A stretch of DNA of 64,000 nucleotides from Nitrospirales bacterium (lineage in GTDB: Bacteria; Nitrospirota; Nitrospiria; Nitrospirales; UBA8639). Shown here in pieces: positions 62,837 through 64,000 of the stretch. The notes below the pieces were generated by a model, which was given only the letters and a program-made list of their open reading frames with translations, did no database searches and had not been told where the DNA came from. Numbering within the stretch: the first letter of the stretch is position 1; each line of letters begins with the position of its first letter. The position numbers and the translations under genes are program-made. The DNA lies in the NCBI GenBank assembly GCA_963555755.3, contig OY820905.2, positions 1,984,001 through 2,048,000 on the forward strand. The letters are read 5' to 3'.

Positions 62837-63688
62837 ATGAAATTAAAACATGGGAGCTCTCTTGTCCTCATCCTCACGTTGATCATGCCGTGCTTCCCAG
62901 TATTCGGCAAGGACAAGCCTGATATCATGCTGGCTAAAATTTACGAACGCGGCATCGATGTCACCCAGTATTGGGTGAGTGAAAAACTCGATGGAGTCCG
63001 GGCTCGATGGGACGGCACCCAGCTCATCTCCCGAGGGGGCCACACCTTCGCTGCGCCGGAATGGTTCACCCACGGTTTTCCGTCCATACCCTTGGACGGA
63101 GAATTATGGACCGAGAGAAGTCAGTATGAAAACCTGTCTTCGATTGTCAGAAAGCAACAACCCCATAAGGGATGGCGGTCCGTCCGCTTGATGGTATTTG
63201 ATCTTCCCGCTCATGGCGGTAGTTTTGACGAACGAGTCCAGGCCATGAAGCAGATCGTGCTCCAGACCAAATCACCCTACCTGGGGGTCATTGAACAATG
63301 GCGGGTCGGGAACGAAAACGAATTGAAGCAGCGATTGCAATCCGTGATCGATCGAGGCGGCGAGGGGTTGATGCTGCACCGCAACACGGCACGGTACGCG
63401 AGCGGTCGCAGTCACGATTTACTCAAACTCAAACCCTTTTCCGACGCCGAAGCCACGGTGATCGGCTATCGGCCAGGAAAGGGTAAATATCTCGGGCACG
63501 TCGGGTCGCTTAAAGTACAGACGGACGACGGGAGACAATTCTTTATCGGAACCGGACTCAGCGATGAAGAACGACGCCAACCCCCACCTCTGAATAGCAG
63601 AATAACCTTTCGTTTCCAAGGCCGGACAAAAAACGGCATCCCTCGCTTTCCGGTGTTTTTGCGCATCCGCGATGAAGAACCACAATAG
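62837..63688 (+). CDS. Minimal ATP-dependent DNA ligase with signal peptide (LigE-like)
   Basis: SEKLDGVRA, LDGELW, EGLML, LLKLK, PRFPVF; hydrophobic N-terminus. Confidence 0.9.
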   Translation: MKLKHGSSLVLILTLIMPCFPVFGKDKPDIMLAKIYERGIDVTQYWVSEKLDGVRARWDGTQLISRGGHTFAAPEWFTHGFPSIPLDGELWTERSQYENLSSIVRKQQPHKGWRSVRLMVFDLPAHGGSFDERVQAMKQIVLQTKSPYLGVIEQWRVGNENELKQRLQSVIDRGGEGLMLHRNTARYASGRSHDLLKLKPFSDAEATVIGYRPGKGKYLGHVGSLKVQTDDGRQFFIGTGLSDEERRQPPPLNSRITFRFQGRTKNGIPRFPVFLRIRDEEPQ

Positions 63689-63833
63689 GGAATATTGAAA
63701 AAGAGCGTCAACGGCGTTCTCGGCCCTTTGTCGTGCTCACGTACTCCCGTACGCTCCGCGCGCCAAAGCGCCTGCGGCCTTGCTGAGCGCACCTTCCTTC
63801 GGCGTTGGCTCAGGACAGGTTTTGAACATCCCC
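63688..63833. mobile_element. MITE-like family E at the ligase stop codon
   Basis: GGGAATATTGAAAA/TTTTGAACATCCCC ends; internal part closest to the 41055 copy. Confidence 0.8.
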
Positions 63834-64000
63834 TCTCGCTCTTGGGGGTTTATGAGATAAATCGGCATTATGGAAGTATTTCAATTATTCAACAGTCCCG
63901 CAATAGGCTCTGGAGGTCGGATCTTCTGGCACTTTCGTGATGTATTAAGCCCATCAGGGAAAATGCCGAATGAGGGAAGACCATCTGCCCTCATCCCCGT

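Overview
Bacterial chromosome segment; the gene content is consistent with a Nitrospirota/Nitrospirales genome, which is an inference. It has a housekeeping core at about 24-48 kb: comEC-glmM-folP-ftsH-tilS-ribF, the ccsA-hemA-hemC-cobA/hemD-CBS-hemB tetrapyrrole genes, rsmI, tusA, tRNA-Leu(CAA), yggX, yqgE and uvrA. The accessory flanks carry a DedA/flavoprotein disulfide reductase/DUF3047 cluster, two bufferin-like Cys-rich precursors, an ECF sigma/anti-sigma pair, bfr, a YyaL-AKR fusion with a duplicated 3' end, five intact type II TA pairs plus two toxin remnants, a Sel1-repeat lipoprotein, a HEPN gene, fluC, a pepM/ppd phosphonate locus, IS6, IS110 and an ATP-dependent DNA ligase. The most striking structure is non-coding. 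(1) At least seven families of TIR-bounded miniature elements (my labels A-F, J; H is a weaker eighth) are nested up to three deep, and several share one covarying structured core despite different termini. (2) An IS1111-type IS110 element sits exactly in the terminal repeat of family D, and its downstream non-coding region has a bridge/seek-RNA-like fold with guide segments matching that repeat and its own donor junction. (3) Degenerate attC-like sites mark former integron cassettes. All calls come from reading the sequence by eye; no database searches were run.
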